From a virus (Duplodnaviria; Caudoviricetes): DNA of 64,000 nucleotides. Below are positions 10,523 through 20,365 of the stretch, piece after piece. The notes under the pieces were generated by a model. The model was not told the DNA's origin, did no database searches, and saw only the letters and a list, made by a program, of their open reading frames with translations. Where the stretch lies: positions 37,027-101,026 of IMG/VR virus record IMGVR_UViG_3300043120_000083. One strand, written 5' to 3'. A program made the translations under genes and the position numbers. Numbering within the stretch: position 1 is the first letter of the stretch; each line of letters starts with the position of its first letter.

Positions 10523-10849
10523 ATGCCAAGATTTGAATGTTTAAATGAAGAGTGTTCTGAGTATCAAAAAGAGGTGTTTTTCACTAAAATAAATTACAGG
10601 TTTGATAAAACAAAAGGTGAATTAGTAGCTTCTGAGGATTTAAAATGTAAAGAATGTGGAGTTGAATTAACTCTAAAAAAGAAAGAAGGGTATCCGCAAC
10701 TAATGAAGTTCAATTCCCTTTCCGAAGGAGAAAAAAGAAAAGTAATTCATAACCGAGCACAGACACACTTTGATAAAGTAGGGAAAGAGCAAAAGTTACA
10801 TATTAAGAAAAACGTACTTAAAAGACAGATAGAAAATGGTAATCACTAA
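10523..10849 (+). CDS. Zinc-ribbon protein
   Basis: CLNEEC and CKECG motifs. Confidence 0.55.
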   Translation: MPRFECLNEECSEYQKEVFFTKINYRFDKTKGELVASEDLKCKECGVELTLKKKEGYPQLMKFNSLSEGEKRKVIHNRAQTHFDKVGKEQKLHIKKNVLKRQIENGNH

Positions 10850-11135
10850 TTATTACAACAGGGCACGTGCAACTTCTGAGACATCACTTGTTGATATTCT
10901 CATGAAGAAAAACCATGCAGATAACAAATGGGAGTTTTATGTAGTTATTGAGTTTTCTCCTAAAAGCGATATAAATAACTATAATGAACTTCTGGGGCGA
11001 AGAATTACAAATATAATTGAAACAATGAATGATTCAGGTTTAGATGATAATATTTTCAGTCAAAAACTTGAAGATATTCCTGCTGAAAGTATTAAATTTG
11101 AGCATACAGAATGGGAGTATATAAGTGTTAAGTAG
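10836..11135 (+). CDS. Hypothetical protein
   Basis: 99-aa ORF followed by a terminator-like hairpin at ~11156-11190. Confidence 0.55.
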   Translation: MVITNYYNRARATSETSLVDILMKKNHADNKWEFYVVIEFSPKSDINNYNELLGRRITNIIETMNDSGLDDNIFSQKLEDIPAESIKFEHTEWEYISVK

Positions 11136-11197
11136 TTAAGTGTTAGTAGTTTAAGAAAGGGGTGGTTTAAATAACTACCCTTTTTGTTTTGTAAAAA

Positions 11198-11218
11198 CAT
11201 ATAAAAGTTATATGTTTG
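11198..11218 (+). promoter_or_regulatory. Putative promoter: CATATAAAAG-N3-TATGTTTG
   Basis: Exact TAnnTTTG -7 element with the recurrent upstream box and TTTTG further upstream. Confidence 0.65.
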
Positions 11219-11240
11219 CGAATGAATTAAAAATGAAACC

Positions 11241-11675
11241 ATGAAAGAAGAACTTATAACATTTGAAACGGCTAAATTAGCTAAGAGAAAAGGGTTTAAT
11301 GAAGAAAGTTTTTATTGTTACAATAGTGAAGGTGGGTTGGTAAAACCTTATGAAGAAAACGGCAGCAGTACGGATACAGAATTTAGGGTAGAATTAGATG
11401 ATTTACTTGATTACCATAATTCAAAACATAATAATACTTTTTCGGCTCTAACTCAATCTTTATTGTCTAAATGGCTACGGGATAAACACAACATCTTAAT
11501 CTCTGTTTATTCTAATGCCTCCGGGTATTTATGGGAAGCGATGAAAGCTGTTGGTGGAACAACTATGCGTTGGAGTGAATATGAGGGAGATGACGAAGAA
11601 AGTGGAACATACACTACTTACGAGAAAGCTATGGAGGATGCTTTGCAATATGCACTACAAACTATTAAGAAATAA
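11241..11675 (+). CDS. Hypothetical phage protein
   Basis: 144-aa ORF (ITFETAKLAK...TQSLLSKWLR). Confidence 0.7.
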   Translation: MKEELITFETAKLAKRKGFNEESFYCYNSEGGLVKPYEENGSSTDTEFRVELDDLLDYHNSKHNNTFSALTQSLLSKWLRDKHNILISVYSNASGYLWEAMKAVGGTTMRWSEYEGDDEESGTYTTYEKAMEDALQYALQTIKK

Positions 11676-11679
11676 ATCT

Positions 11680-13617
11680 ATGAACCAGAAAACTTTAGAA
11701 ACACTAATCACCAAAGCTAACGAGAAGTACCGGAAAGGTGAACCAATCATGTCAGACAAAGAATATGATGAAGTATTGGAAACGTTAGCATACAAATACC
11801 CTGACAGCGAATTAGTAAAGAAAGCTGTTATAGAAGAACCGGAAGAAAGCAGAAAACAACCACTCCCGGTTCCTATGTTCTCTTTAAACAAGGTTAAAAC
11901 GTTTGAAGAACTTACTAAGTGGATTAAAAGTATTGATCTTTCTAAGGAAGATGAACTTGTTTTAACCCCTAAATACGATGGTATTTCTCTTTGTGTAAAT
12001 GAAGCAATAGGTAAGTGTTGGACAAGAGGAAATGGTGTTGAAGGCCAAAAAAGCGACAAACATTATTCTTTAATAGATTCACGTATAAATTGGGATATTC
12101 CTATGGGTTATACCTTTGGTGAAGCTATCATGAAAAAAGATACCTTCAATGAGAAATATAAGGGAGATTATAAATCAGCACGTAACTACGTAGCAGGAAT
12201 TTTCAATCGTAAACAAGCTATTCCAGCAACTAAAGATGTTGATTACATAAGGTATGGAAGGGTAGATTCAACAACCGGAAGCAAATATGCACATATCCTT
12301 TCCTTAAATGAAATAAATAAGGTTAAAGTGCCTCTCCTTCTAATCAAAGTAAAAGACCTTACTGAAGAAGTTATTGAATCATTCTTTGAAGGTAATAATC
12401 AGATTTACCAAATTGATGGTGTTGTGATAGACGTTAATGACGGTAAAAAGAGAAAAGAGTTAGGAAGGGAAGAAAACAACAACCCCCGATATGCACGTGC
12501 ATATAAGAATCCAGAGTGGTCAAGCAAACATACCTCTATCGTTAAAGATGTTATTTTCAATGTGAGCAAACAAGGCAAATTAAAGCCTGTTATCTTGATT
12601 GAACCTGTAGATATTGATGGTGTAATTGTAGAAAGGGTAACAGGTTACAATGCTAAATATATTTTTGACAACAATATTGCTAAAGCAAGCGAAATAGAGT
12701 TAACCCGGTCAGGAGATGTTATCCCTAAACATCTTAAAACGTTGACTTATATTGATGTTAATGTAGAAGGATTAGCAGATAGGGCTGTTGAATGTCCGGT
12801 ATGTGGAAGTGTAACAAAATGGGATGATACATTAACTGAGATTGTTTGTACTAATATTTATTGTGAAGGCCGGATGATTAGTAAATTTGAACACTTCTTT
12901 AAAACAATAGGGGTTGAAGAGTTTGCCAGACCTTCCATTGTTCAACTATATGAAGCAGGATTTGATAGGATTGATTCAATTTTAAATATCCCAAAGGAAG
13001 AACTGTCTAATCTTGATGGTTGGGGAGAACGTAGTGCAGAGGTTCTTTTAGAGCAGTTTGAGCGTGTAATAACGCAAGGTTTACCGTTAGCTAAGGTTTT
13101 TCATGCTATGGATATTTTTAACGGCCAAATAGGGGAGAAAACGTGTCAATTGATAATTGATAATTATGACATTAGTGAAGGTATTGATTCTTTTTCTATT
13201 CCTGAGATAGTTAAAATAAAAGGTGTAGCAGAGAAAACAGCATGGGTATATAAAAGTGGAATTGAAGTCTTTTACTTTGGGATGAGTCAATCTTACTGTA
13301 ATTTCAACAGTGAATTACTGGAAGGGTTTATGTTACCTATTAAAATTTCCTATATCCAAACCCCTAAAAAAGAAGTAACTGGAGATAAATATAAAGGATG
13401 GAAAGTATGTTTTACAGGGGTGAGAGATAAAGAACTGGAAGAGTATATAAAAGAACAAGGAGGAGAAGTTGTTTCAGGTGTAAGCGGTAAAACAACTCAT
13501 CTAATTGTGAAAGATTTGGAGAAAAAAACATTGAGTTCTTCCAAGGCTAAGAAGGCAAAAAGTATGGAAATTGAGATAATTCCAATAGAAAAATTGAGGT
13601 TTCCAGATTTTGAGTAA
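11680..13617 (+). CDS. ligA: NAD-dependent DNA ligase
   Basis: KYDG adenylation motif, TRGNG, DGVV, SGDVIP, zinc finger and C-terminal BRCT. Likely start is ATG at 11680. Confidence 0.95.
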   Translation: MNQKTLETLITKANEKYRKGEPIMSDKEYDEVLETLAYKYPDSELVKKAVIEEPEESRKQPLPVPMFSLNKVKTFEELTKWIKSIDLSKEDELVLTPKYDGISLCVNEAIGKCWTRGNGVEGQKSDKHYSLIDSRINWDIPMGYTFGEAIMKKDTFNEKYKGDYKSARNYVAGIFNRKQAIPATKDVDYIRYGRVDSTTGSKYAHILSLNEINKVKVPLLLIKVKDLTEEVIESFFEGNNQIYQIDGVVIDVNDGKKRKELGREENNNPRYARAYKNPEWSSKHTSIVKDVIFNVSKQGKLKPVILIEPVDIDGVIVERVTGYNAKYIFDNNIAKASEIELTRSGDVIPKHLKTLTYIDVNVEGLADRAVECPVCGSVTKWDDTLTEIVCTNIYCEGRMISKFEHFFKTIGVEEFARPSIVQLYEAGFDRIDSILNIPKEELSNLDGWGERSAEVLLEQFERVITQGLPLAKVFHAMDIFNGQIGEKTCQLIIDNYDISEGIDSFSIPEIVKIKGVAEKTAWVYKSGIEVFYFGMSQSYCNFNSELLEGFMLPIKISYIQTPKKEVTGDKYKGWKVCFTGVRDKELEEYIKEQGGEVVSGVSGKTTHLIVKDLEKKTLSSSKAKKAKSMEIEIIPIEKLRFPDFE

Positions 13618-13638
13618 TTTTTATGGTTTTTGTTTTAG

Positions 13639-13677
13639 TGCCCTGTTTTCTAACAAGTTAGCAGGGCATTTTTATTT
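13639..13677 (+). terminator. Rho-independent terminator after the ligase gene
   Basis: TGCCCTG / CAGGGCA stem followed by a T tract. Confidence 0.7.
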
Positions 13678-13803
13678 AAAATGATTTTAAATAACAAAAT
13701 TTTTAAAGGTTCCAGGTTAAAATATTTTGTTGGTAAAAAAGAACCCATTATATTAGTGGTGTAATTAAAACAAAAACAAAGGCAAACACTAAAAATTGAA
13801 ACC

Positions 13804-14205
13804 ATGAAAGTAGTAATTGAATCATCTCTGAATCCATCTCACGAAAAGTTTAATCAAATGATGAGAGAACTTAATGAAGTAAATGAGAATGTGAATAATA
13901 TTACATATAGTAACATATTGAGTAATATTGACATTGTTAAAGATATTAACTTAACCAAAAAATTAATGTCATTATCTTACAAAGAATTATCAGGAGGAAT
14001 AAAAGCTGTTTGGAATTACCCCAATGAAAATCCAAGTAATGTCGTAATTGCTTTTGAGAATAGTGAGCCAATTGGTGTTATTACGAATACAAATGGTAAT
14101 CAAAATATATTTATTAAACCAGAATATAGAAAATTAGGAATAGGTTCAAAATTAAAGGATATTATGTATAAAATGCGACCCGCATGTCAGGGTAAATTTT
14201 TTTAG
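13804..14205 (+). CDS. GNAT-like acetyltransferase-domain protein
   Basis: IFIKPEYRKLGIGSKL resembles the acetyl-CoA-binding motif A. Confidence 0.5.
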   Translation: MKVVIESSLNPSHEKFNQMMRELNEVNENVNNITYSNILSNIDIVKDINLTKKLMSLSYKELSGGIKAVWNYPNENPSNVVIAFENSEPIGVITNTNGNQNIFIKPEYRKLGIGSKLKDIMYKMRPACQGKFF

Positions 14206-14207
14206 TT

Positions 14208-14543
14208 ATGAGTCATTTTTCAGTATCCCCCAAGCATTACCCGGCAAACTTAGTCGGATATAAGAAATACCTAAAAGATTTAGGTATTGAGTACAGGGCT
14301 AATGAATATAATCCATTTTCGATAACCTTCTCTGAATTTAAGTCTATTGATAGACGGACAGAGAAGGAGAGGTTGAAGGATGAGTCAATGAGGATCCGTA
14401 AGGCCGTCATTTACATAGGTAATCAGCTTATAGATATACAAGATAACGGAGGAAGTCAAGAATTGTATGACTCTCTTATGATTGATTATGAAGAGAGAAA
14501 GAATCAATTAAGGATAATAGATGAAGCAAGGGGAGTCTTGTAA
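14208..14543 (+). CDS. Hypothetical protein
   Basis: 111-aa ORF. Confidence 0.6.
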   Translation: MSHFSVSPKHYPANLVGYKKYLKDLGIEYRANEYNPFSITFSEFKSIDRRTEKERLKDESMRIRKAVIYIGNQLIDIQDNGGSQELYDSLMIDYEERKNQLRIIDEARGVL

Positions 14544-14615
14544 ATCTTAAAATTCGGGGATTACAGCATCCGGTTATCACACTGCAATATTGTTTAATTT
14601 ATTTTTATTTTCGTT

Positions 14616-15215
14616 ATGAACAATTTACTTTCCATATTAACAGACAATAAGCAAGTTCAAGAATTTATTGAATCATTTGATATTCACCCAACACCAGACA
14701 ATAATGGCAGATTTCATGCTCCTTGCGATGGGTTTGAATACGAAGGAAAGGTTTATGGTGCTGGAGAATTTCTCCATGAAGAAGGTTATGTTCAAAAAAT
14801 AAATTACAGGGTAAAGGTTAGATTGTCTGACGTTGAAAAGATCAAACAATTGCCTCAATTCATTAGAGCTGGTAAAAGCTGGGATCAGAAAGGAGAACAA
14901 GTTTGTTATGTGTACCTGAAAGTATCACAAAAACAAAAAGATAAGATTGATGATCTTAACAAATTGCCCAGAAAAGAATTAATTTTGAACGAAGATCGTA
15001 ATGAAAATTGCGGACAACCTTTTATTTTAAAAATAAAAAGGAAGATTAATTATAAGATAAATGTTTTAGGTTTAGAGCCGGGAATGATTGATGCAGACTT
15101 AGAGTCTCAAGGTCTTAATGTTAATTGGTCATTTGATAAGAATGGTAAAATTCAAGTCCCTATGGAAGGAAAAGAAGTTTGCTTCCGGTATAATAACGAT
15201 ATTGTGAATGTTTAA
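14616..15215 (+). CDS. Hypothetical protein
   Basis: 199-aa ORF (GRFHAPCDG...YGAGEFL). Confidence 0.65.
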   Translation: MNNLLSILTDNKQVQEFIESFDIHPTPDNNGRFHAPCDGFEYEGKVYGAGEFLHEEGYVQKINYRVKVRLSDVEKIKQLPQFIRAGKSWDQKGEQVCYVYLKVSQKQKDKIDDLNKLPRKELILNEDRNENCGQPFILKIKRKINYKINVLGLEPGMIDADLESQGLNVNWSFDKNGKIQVPMEGKEVCFRYNNDIVNV

Positions 15216-15282
15216 TTTTAATTGGGCAGAATCAATTTTAAACTTAGTAAAATAATTACAAACTACAAAAACCAAAACAACC

Positions 15283-15525
15283 ATGAAATCACTAAAAGAA
15301 ACAGCACGTCAAGCAGCAATGAGAGACATCTCTAAAGTAGAAGGTAACATAGCGAAGTACCGAAGATTTGTCGGTAAATCAGGATATAAAGCTGAAGGAT
15401 ACAATCCTGTAAAACATTACGCTGAAGGTAAAATCTTTGATCCTTCTGATGCACCCTTTGATTACAACTTCCTAACAGGGTTCTGTATTCGTGATTCTTT
15501 TTCTCCTGCTAAATTTAAATTCTAA
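15283..15525 (+). CDS. Hypothetical protein
   Basis: 80-aa ORF with an A-rich leader. Confidence 0.6.
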   Translation: MKSLKETARQAAMRDISKVEGNIAKYRRFVGKSGYKAEGYNPVKHYAEGKIFDPSDAPFDYNFLTGFCIRDSFSPAKFKF

Positions 15526-15531
15526 ATCGCT

Positions 15532-16482
15532 ATGAAACTTTTAAAAATATCAGCAATTATAGCTTCAATATTTTCAGTAATTTTTTCTCTAAGTATTGTT
15601 TTTAATCTTAAAGAGTTTGTTGCTCCCGGTGTATTTACCTTCTCTACTATATTTGTTACCCTTCTGGTTATCTTCAATGAATGGGTGAAAGTAGGAGAAC
15701 TAAGGAAACGTTATTGGGGAAAGAAATCTTCACTAACTATCATTATTATCACTTTCATTTTTTCTTTTGCAATGTCAACAACCGGGATTTACCTTTGGGT
15801 GAACCAAACACAGGAAATTGATATTGAAATTAATGATAGTTTAAGTAAGGAAAAGTTAGATATTGAAGAAAAGTACAATCAAAAACTTGATTCAATCGAC
15901 AACCTCCCTAAAGGTAGTGAATACAAAGAAGTTCTCGAACAAATAGAGTATTGGAAAGACCGTTCTCCTGCTAATTTACAAGAAAGGCAAATGATTCGTG
16001 AAAATATAGCGGATTTAGAGACGGAAAAGAATAATCTGTACAAATCCTTCATTGAATATAGATCCGGCCTTAAATCAAGGCTAAACAATCAAAAACAGGC
16101 TGAATTAAGCTATATTGAAACCCAAGCCAGAGGAGAAGTAAAGAAATTGAATAAAAATGATTTTCTCTCCACTATTTTCTTCTTGATGGTAGCCTTCACA
16201 GAGTTCGTTATCATATTCATACAATACCGAATTAGTGTCTTTTATACAGAGGAACAAAGGAATGTGATAGCAATGGTAAGAGACTTTGAATTAAGAAACC
16301 TTGATACAGTTCATATAAACAAAGTAAAGTATAGTAAACTTCACGCAATTGAAGATTTTGAAGAAATAAAACTGTTGTACAATTTATTAATAGAAGTTGG
16401 TTCTTTGGATGAGACTGGAATGATGAAAACAGGAGCCACAAATAAGATTAAGAATTACTATTCCCAGATAAATAAATTTTAA
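15532..16482 (+). CDS. Membrane protein with coiled coil
   Basis: Three N-terminal hydrophobic segments, a coiled region and a fourth transmembrane segment. Confidence 0.7.
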   Translation: MKLLKISAIIASIFSVIFSLSIVFNLKEFVAPGVFTFSTIFVTLLVIFNEWVKVGELRKRYWGKKSSLTIIIITFIFSFAMSTTGIYLWVNQTQEIDIEINDSLSKEKLDIEEKYNQKLDSIDNLPKGSEYKEVLEQIEYWKDRSPANLQERQMIRENIADLETEKNNLYKSFIEYRSGLKSRLNNQKQAELSYIETQARGEVKKLNKNDFLSTIFFLMVAFTEFVIIFIQYRISVFYTEEQRNVIAMVRDFELRNLDTVHINKVKYSKLHAIEDFEEIKLLYNLLIEVGSLDETGMMKTGATNKIKNYYSQINKF

Positions 16483-16512
16483 ATTCCCATATAAAAGATA
16501 TTAATTTGCCGT

Positions 16513-17844
16513 ATGAATTACGTTTTAAGAGATTATCAAGAAAGGGCAGTTCAGGATGGATTAAACTTCTTCCGTTCTAAAAGCAAAAAGAATGGGTATA
16601 TGGTGCTTCCTACCGCAGCAGGGAAATCAATTATCGTTGCTAATATAGCTAAACAACTGAATACCAACGTTTTAGTTTTACAACCCACCAAGGAGCTTTT
16701 ATTTCAGAACCATGAAAAATTTATTTCATACGGCTATGATGCTTCAATCTACTCAGCAAGTTTTGATAGCCGGGAAGTAGGACAAGTGACTTTTGCAACG
16801 ATAGGGAGTATCTACAAGAAACCTGAATTATTTAAAGATTTTCATTATATCATCATTGATGAGTGCCATTTAGCTTCCCCGGACGATAGCTCAATGCATA
16901 AAAAGTTTTTTAATGAATTGAAAGTTAAGGTTTTAGGGTTAAGTGCGACACCATTTAGGCTGAAAAGCTACAACTTCCCAACCCGTCACTCTAAGTTAAA
17001 CTTTCTTGACCGAATGAGGCCAAAGATTTTTAGTGAACTGGTTCATGTTACTCAGATTCAAGAAATGACAGAAAGAGGTTACTGGGCACCTCTGGGATAC
17101 ATTAGTAAGCCTTTTGACCGTTCTAAGCTTAAAGTAAATTCAACCGGAGCAAACTACACAGATGATTCTATAAAACAAGCTATGATTGAGCAGGATGTTG
17201 TTCAACAGGCTTACGAAATGGCTTTGATATTAAAGAAAGAAGGTAGGAAGAAGATTTTAATTTTCATGCCCGAAATAGCAATGGCTGAAGAGCTTGCTGA
17301 AATGTTAGGGGTTAATGCTGTAAGCAGTAAAACAAAGAAAAAGGAAAGGGAAGAGTATATTAATAATTTTAAGGCTGGAATTGATTTTGCTATTATAAAC
17401 GTTAATGTGTTGGCTGTTGGATTTGATGATCAAAGAATAGATGCAATAATAGATGGTAAACCCACTATGTCTCTGGGTATTTATTATCAGAAGTATGGGA
17501 GAGGGGTGAGGGTTGATTTATCCACTAATCCGGTTAAGCATGATTGCCTGATTGTTGATTTGGTAGGTAACTACGAAATGTTTGGCAAAATAGAAGATTT
17601 CATAATAAAAAAGAATGCAATAGGCAAATGGGCTTTGTTTTGTGGAGATAAGCAACTAACAAATACAGAACTTGTAAAGGATAAAAATGTAAACCTTGAA
17701 GATGAAATAATGGGGTTTGGTAAATATAAAGGAGAGCCTTTCAGGTTCATACCTAAAAGTTACTGGAGATTTATTCGAGACAACTTCAAAAGAAGTGCAG
17801 AAAATGAGAAGTTATTTAATTATATAGAAACTATTGAATTGTAG
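16513..17844 (+). CDS. Superfamily 2 helicase (RadD/UvsW-like)
   Basis: PTAAGKS, DECH, SATP and QKYGRG motifs, with a C-terminal FGKYKG domain. Confidence 0.9.
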   Translation: MNYVLRDYQERAVQDGLNFFRSKSKKNGYMVLPTAAGKSIIVANIAKQLNTNVLVLQPTKELLFQNHEKFISYGYDASIYSASFDSREVGQVTFATIGSIYKKPELFKDFHYIIIDECHLASPDDSSMHKKFFNELKVKVLGLSATPFRLKSYNFPTRHSKLNFLDRMRPKIFSELVHVTQIQEMTERGYWAPLGYISKPFDRSKLKVNSTGANYTDDSIKQAMIEQDVVQQAYEMALILKKEGRKKILIFMPEIAMAEELAEMLGVNAVSSKTKKKEREEYINNFKAGIDFAIINVNVLAVGFDDQRIDAIIDGKPTMSLGIYYQKYGRGVRVDLSTNPVKHDCLIVDLVGNYEMFGKIEDFIIKKNAIGKWALFCGDKQLTNTELVKDKNVNLEDEIMGFGKYKGEPFRFIPKSYWRFIRDNFKRSAENEKLFNYIETIEL

Positions 17845-18152
17845 GCAAATGAATGATATGATAAAAGAAATAGTTGAGCGTAAACTAAGTTATAATAAAA
17901 AACAATTGCAGAAATTTATAGATGTAGGTAATAAATCTGCAATTCGTGACTATGAAGTAAGGTGTCATACATTAGAGGATATACTTGAAGATGCAGACGA
18001 AGCGAATGAAGGTCAACAACCAGGCAGCAACTGCAATATTACCGCATGTTAACGTTTCGGTTTGCCCTAAATGCGGTTGTAATAAAATTACTGGAGATGG
18101 AACGAAAAGCTGGTGTCAAAATGAAGAATGTGACTTTGTGGAGGCAGACTGA
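17834..18152 (+). pseudogene. Distal cassette gene, apparently frameshifted: 72-aa ORF plus a startless 34-aa zinc-ribbon module
   Basis: Removing one T at ~18040 gives SNCNIPHV fused to VNVSVCPKCGCNK...WCQNEECDFVEAD* (18048-18152). Confidence 0.5.
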
Positions 18153-18153
18153 G

Positions 18154-18250
18154 CGTTAACGTCCCGGCTTGTATGTGCCGTGCAGGCCGCACACAGTAAA
18201 TTTTCACGGCACTAACTTAACAAGCATGGCATATTACAAGCTTGTTAGAA
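18154..18250. repeat. attC-like site A
   Basis: CGTTAAC, arm 18167-18183, 40-nt loop, arm 18224-18241, GTTAGAA. Confidence 0.85.
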
Positions 18251-18264
18251 AACGTTTTAGCGCG

Positions 18265-18549
18265 ATGGGCAATAATATGATATCAATTCACGATTTAAAG
18301 GAAAATCTTTGTAAAAAATATTATGGGAGTAATAGAAAAGTGTATAGACAATGTGACATGAATCAACTTTTGAGAATGTGGTCTGATTTAAACCATTTAA
18401 CAGAATTACATGAAAGGACTAGGCTTGTTCCTTACAACCTTGAATTTAGAAGTAAAAAAGCCATCCCTATTTACAACGCCCACTTATCAGTATTACAGAA
18501 GAAGTACCCACATATTTTAGAATTTCAACAAATGAGGCACATACAATGA
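18265..18549 (+). CDS. Cassette gene, hypothetical
   Basis: ATG at 18265, with the frame open back through site A. Confidence 0.6.
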   Translation: MGNNMISIHDLKENLCKKYYGSNRKVYRQCDMNQLLRMWSDLNHLTELHERTRLVPYNLEFRSKKAIPIYNAHLSVLQKKYPHILEFQQMRHIQ

Positions 18550-18767
18550 TTTCACAAATAGCAATTATGATTTTTGGAGCTTCAGCAATTTGGTTTGTGA
18601 GTAGAACTGAAAAATGGAAACGATGGGGCTATATATTAGGACTGTGTGGACAGCCATTTTGGATATATACAACTATACAAAATGAACAGTGGGGAATTTT
18701 AATCATGACATTGGTTTACGCTTATTCATGGGCACAAGGAATTTGGAATTATTGGATTAAAAAATAG
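18546..18767 (+). CDS. Cassette gene, small 3-TM membrane protein (loosely PnuC/PQ-loop-like)
   Basis: 73 aa, hydrophobic and Trp-rich. Confidence 0.6.
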   Translation: MISQIAIMIFGASAIWFVSRTEKWKRWGYILGLCGQPFWIYTTIQNEQWGILIMTLVYAYSWAQGIWNYWIKK

Positions 18768-18771
18768 ATAT

Positions 18772-18948
18772 ATGGAAACGATTTTTACTAAATTAAGTGG
18801 TAATACTTCTGGAAATAAATATGGAGGTTATACAGATCAAAGCATTGTAATAACTCAAATAATTGATGGAGAGCAGAAAGTTATTATCCTAAATAAAAAA
18901 GAGTTAGAAGAATTAGAAAGAGTTATAGGCGCTAAATTTAAAGCTTAG
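18772..18948 (+). CDS. Cassette gene, hypothetical (58 aa, not in ORF track)
   Basis: ATG at 18772 to TAG at 18948, ending just before site B. Confidence 0.55.
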   Translation: METIFTKLSGNTSGNKYGGYTDQSIVITQIIDGEQKVIILNKKELEELERVIGAKFKA

Positions 18949-18969
18949 ACTTGCGGGAAGGAAATGTTT

Positions 18970-19098
18970 TTCTAACGTTGAGTATATGATTTCGGTGGCG
19001 ATTGATTGCAGGACTTTTCGCATACCGACTAACTAACAAGACTGCACAGTGGTTAAATTCGACACCTTAACGCCACTGAATTATATACATTATTAGGT
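18970..19098. repeat. attC-like site B
   Basis: TTCTAAC, arm 18982-19000, 70-nt loop, arm 19071-19088, ATTAGGT (ATT in place of GTT). Confidence 0.85.
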
Positions 19099-19173
19099 GC
19101 TGTACGGTAAATAACCGATAAACTTGATTTGAAAAACTAACGTAAAAAATTAAAAAATAGGGAGGAAATTTTT

Positions 19174-19914
19174 ATGAAATATATGGGAAGTAAAAACAGA
19201 ATTGCAAAGCACATTTTACCTATAATGCTAAAATATAGAACACCTGAAATGACTTGGGTAGAACCTTTTGTTGGCGGTGCAAATATGATTGATAAGGTTG
19301 AGGGTAAAAGAATAGGTGGAGAATACAATAAGTATATTGCCGAAATGTGGAAAGCACTTGAAGCAGGATGGATTCCAAGAAGCGACTATACGAAGGACGA
19401 TTACTACAACATAAAGGCGAATATGGATAGAAACCCTGCTGAAGCGGGATATGTTGGGATTGCAGTAAGTTATTGTGGTAAGTGGTTTGGTGGATATGCT
19501 GGACTTTGCGACAATAAAAGCCGTGGGCCTGTTGACTACCAAAAACAGGCATACAACAACTTAATAAAGCAATTGCCAAATATTAAAGGTATTAAATTTA
19601 TACATAGTAGCTACCAAGACTTAGAAATACCACCAAATAGCCTTATTTATTGCGATCCTCCTTATGAAAGTACAACAAAATACAAAGACGACTTTAACCA
19701 TGCTGAATTTTGGCAATGGTGTAGAGACAAATCAAAAGAAGGACACACCGTATTTGTGAGTGAATATAATGCTCCAGATGATTTCTACTGCATTAAAAAG
19801 GTACAAACAAATACGCAACTTGGAAATGGCTGCCAGACAGGAAGCCAAAATAAGTGCGATAAACTTTTTACCCCAATGGCTGCGATAGCAGACAAAGAGC
19901 GTGGGCTTTTTTAA
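19174..19914 (+). CDS. Cassette gene, Dam/D12-class DNA adenine methyltransferase
   Basis: YMGSK, EPFVGG and YCDPPY motifs. Confidence 0.88.
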   Translation: MKYMGSKNRIAKHILPIMLKYRTPEMTWVEPFVGGANMIDKVEGKRIGGEYNKYIAEMWKALEAGWIPRSDYTKDDYYNIKANMDRNPAEAGYVGIAVSYCGKWFGGYAGLCDNKSRGPVDYQKQAYNNLIKQLPNIKGIKFIHSSYQDLEIPPNSLIYCDPPYESTTKYKDDFNHAEFWQWCRDKSKEGHTVFVSEYNAPDDFYCIKKVQTNTQLGNGCQTGSQNKCDKLFTPMAAIADKERGLF

Positions 19915-19965
19915 TTTTTGGTAATATACTACGAACCTTCATTAAGAGAACGAAGGCAGTATTGC

Positions 19966-20246
19966 ACCTAACGGTAAATGCAAGGGTATGTGCTGCCTTG
20001 AAAACTGTACAAAAGTAGATACGAGTAAATAACGATTAAATAATTAAGCGATGGCAAAAATTAATGAATTTGAGATAAGCATGGTTTGTTATAATGAAGA
20101 TAACAAATACACATTAGAAGAAATAAACGATATGCTTGTAGAATGGGCTGAAAGTAAAGATATATACTTAGGTGGCTCTGTTAAACCGTGTGCGCCGGAG
20201 GAAACTTCGGACGAGAGCGCAGCATTACCTTTGCATGGTGTTAGCC
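19966..20246. repeat. attC-like site C (large loop containing a gene start)
   Basis: ACCTAAC, arm 19978-19996, 222-nt loop, arm 20219-20236, GTTAGCC. Confidence 0.8.
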
Positions 20247-20365
20247 AACAACGTGAACTGTTATTGGCTTTTGCTAAATGGGAGTACGAAAGTGCAGAAT
20301 TTGACGACACTAACGAATACTTAGTTGACAAGTTTTTGGAAGAAAAAGCCAATAATTGTGGCTAA
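20051..20365 (+). CDS. Cassette gene starting inside the site C loop
   Basis: Codon 64 (Val) is the GTT at 20240. The stop TAA overlaps the TAAC of site D. Confidence 0.7.
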   Translation: MAKINEFEISMVCYNEDNKYTLEEINDMLVEWAESKDIYLGGSVKPCAPEETSDESAALPLHGVSQQRELLLAFAKWEYESAEFDDTNEYLVDKFLEEKANNCG

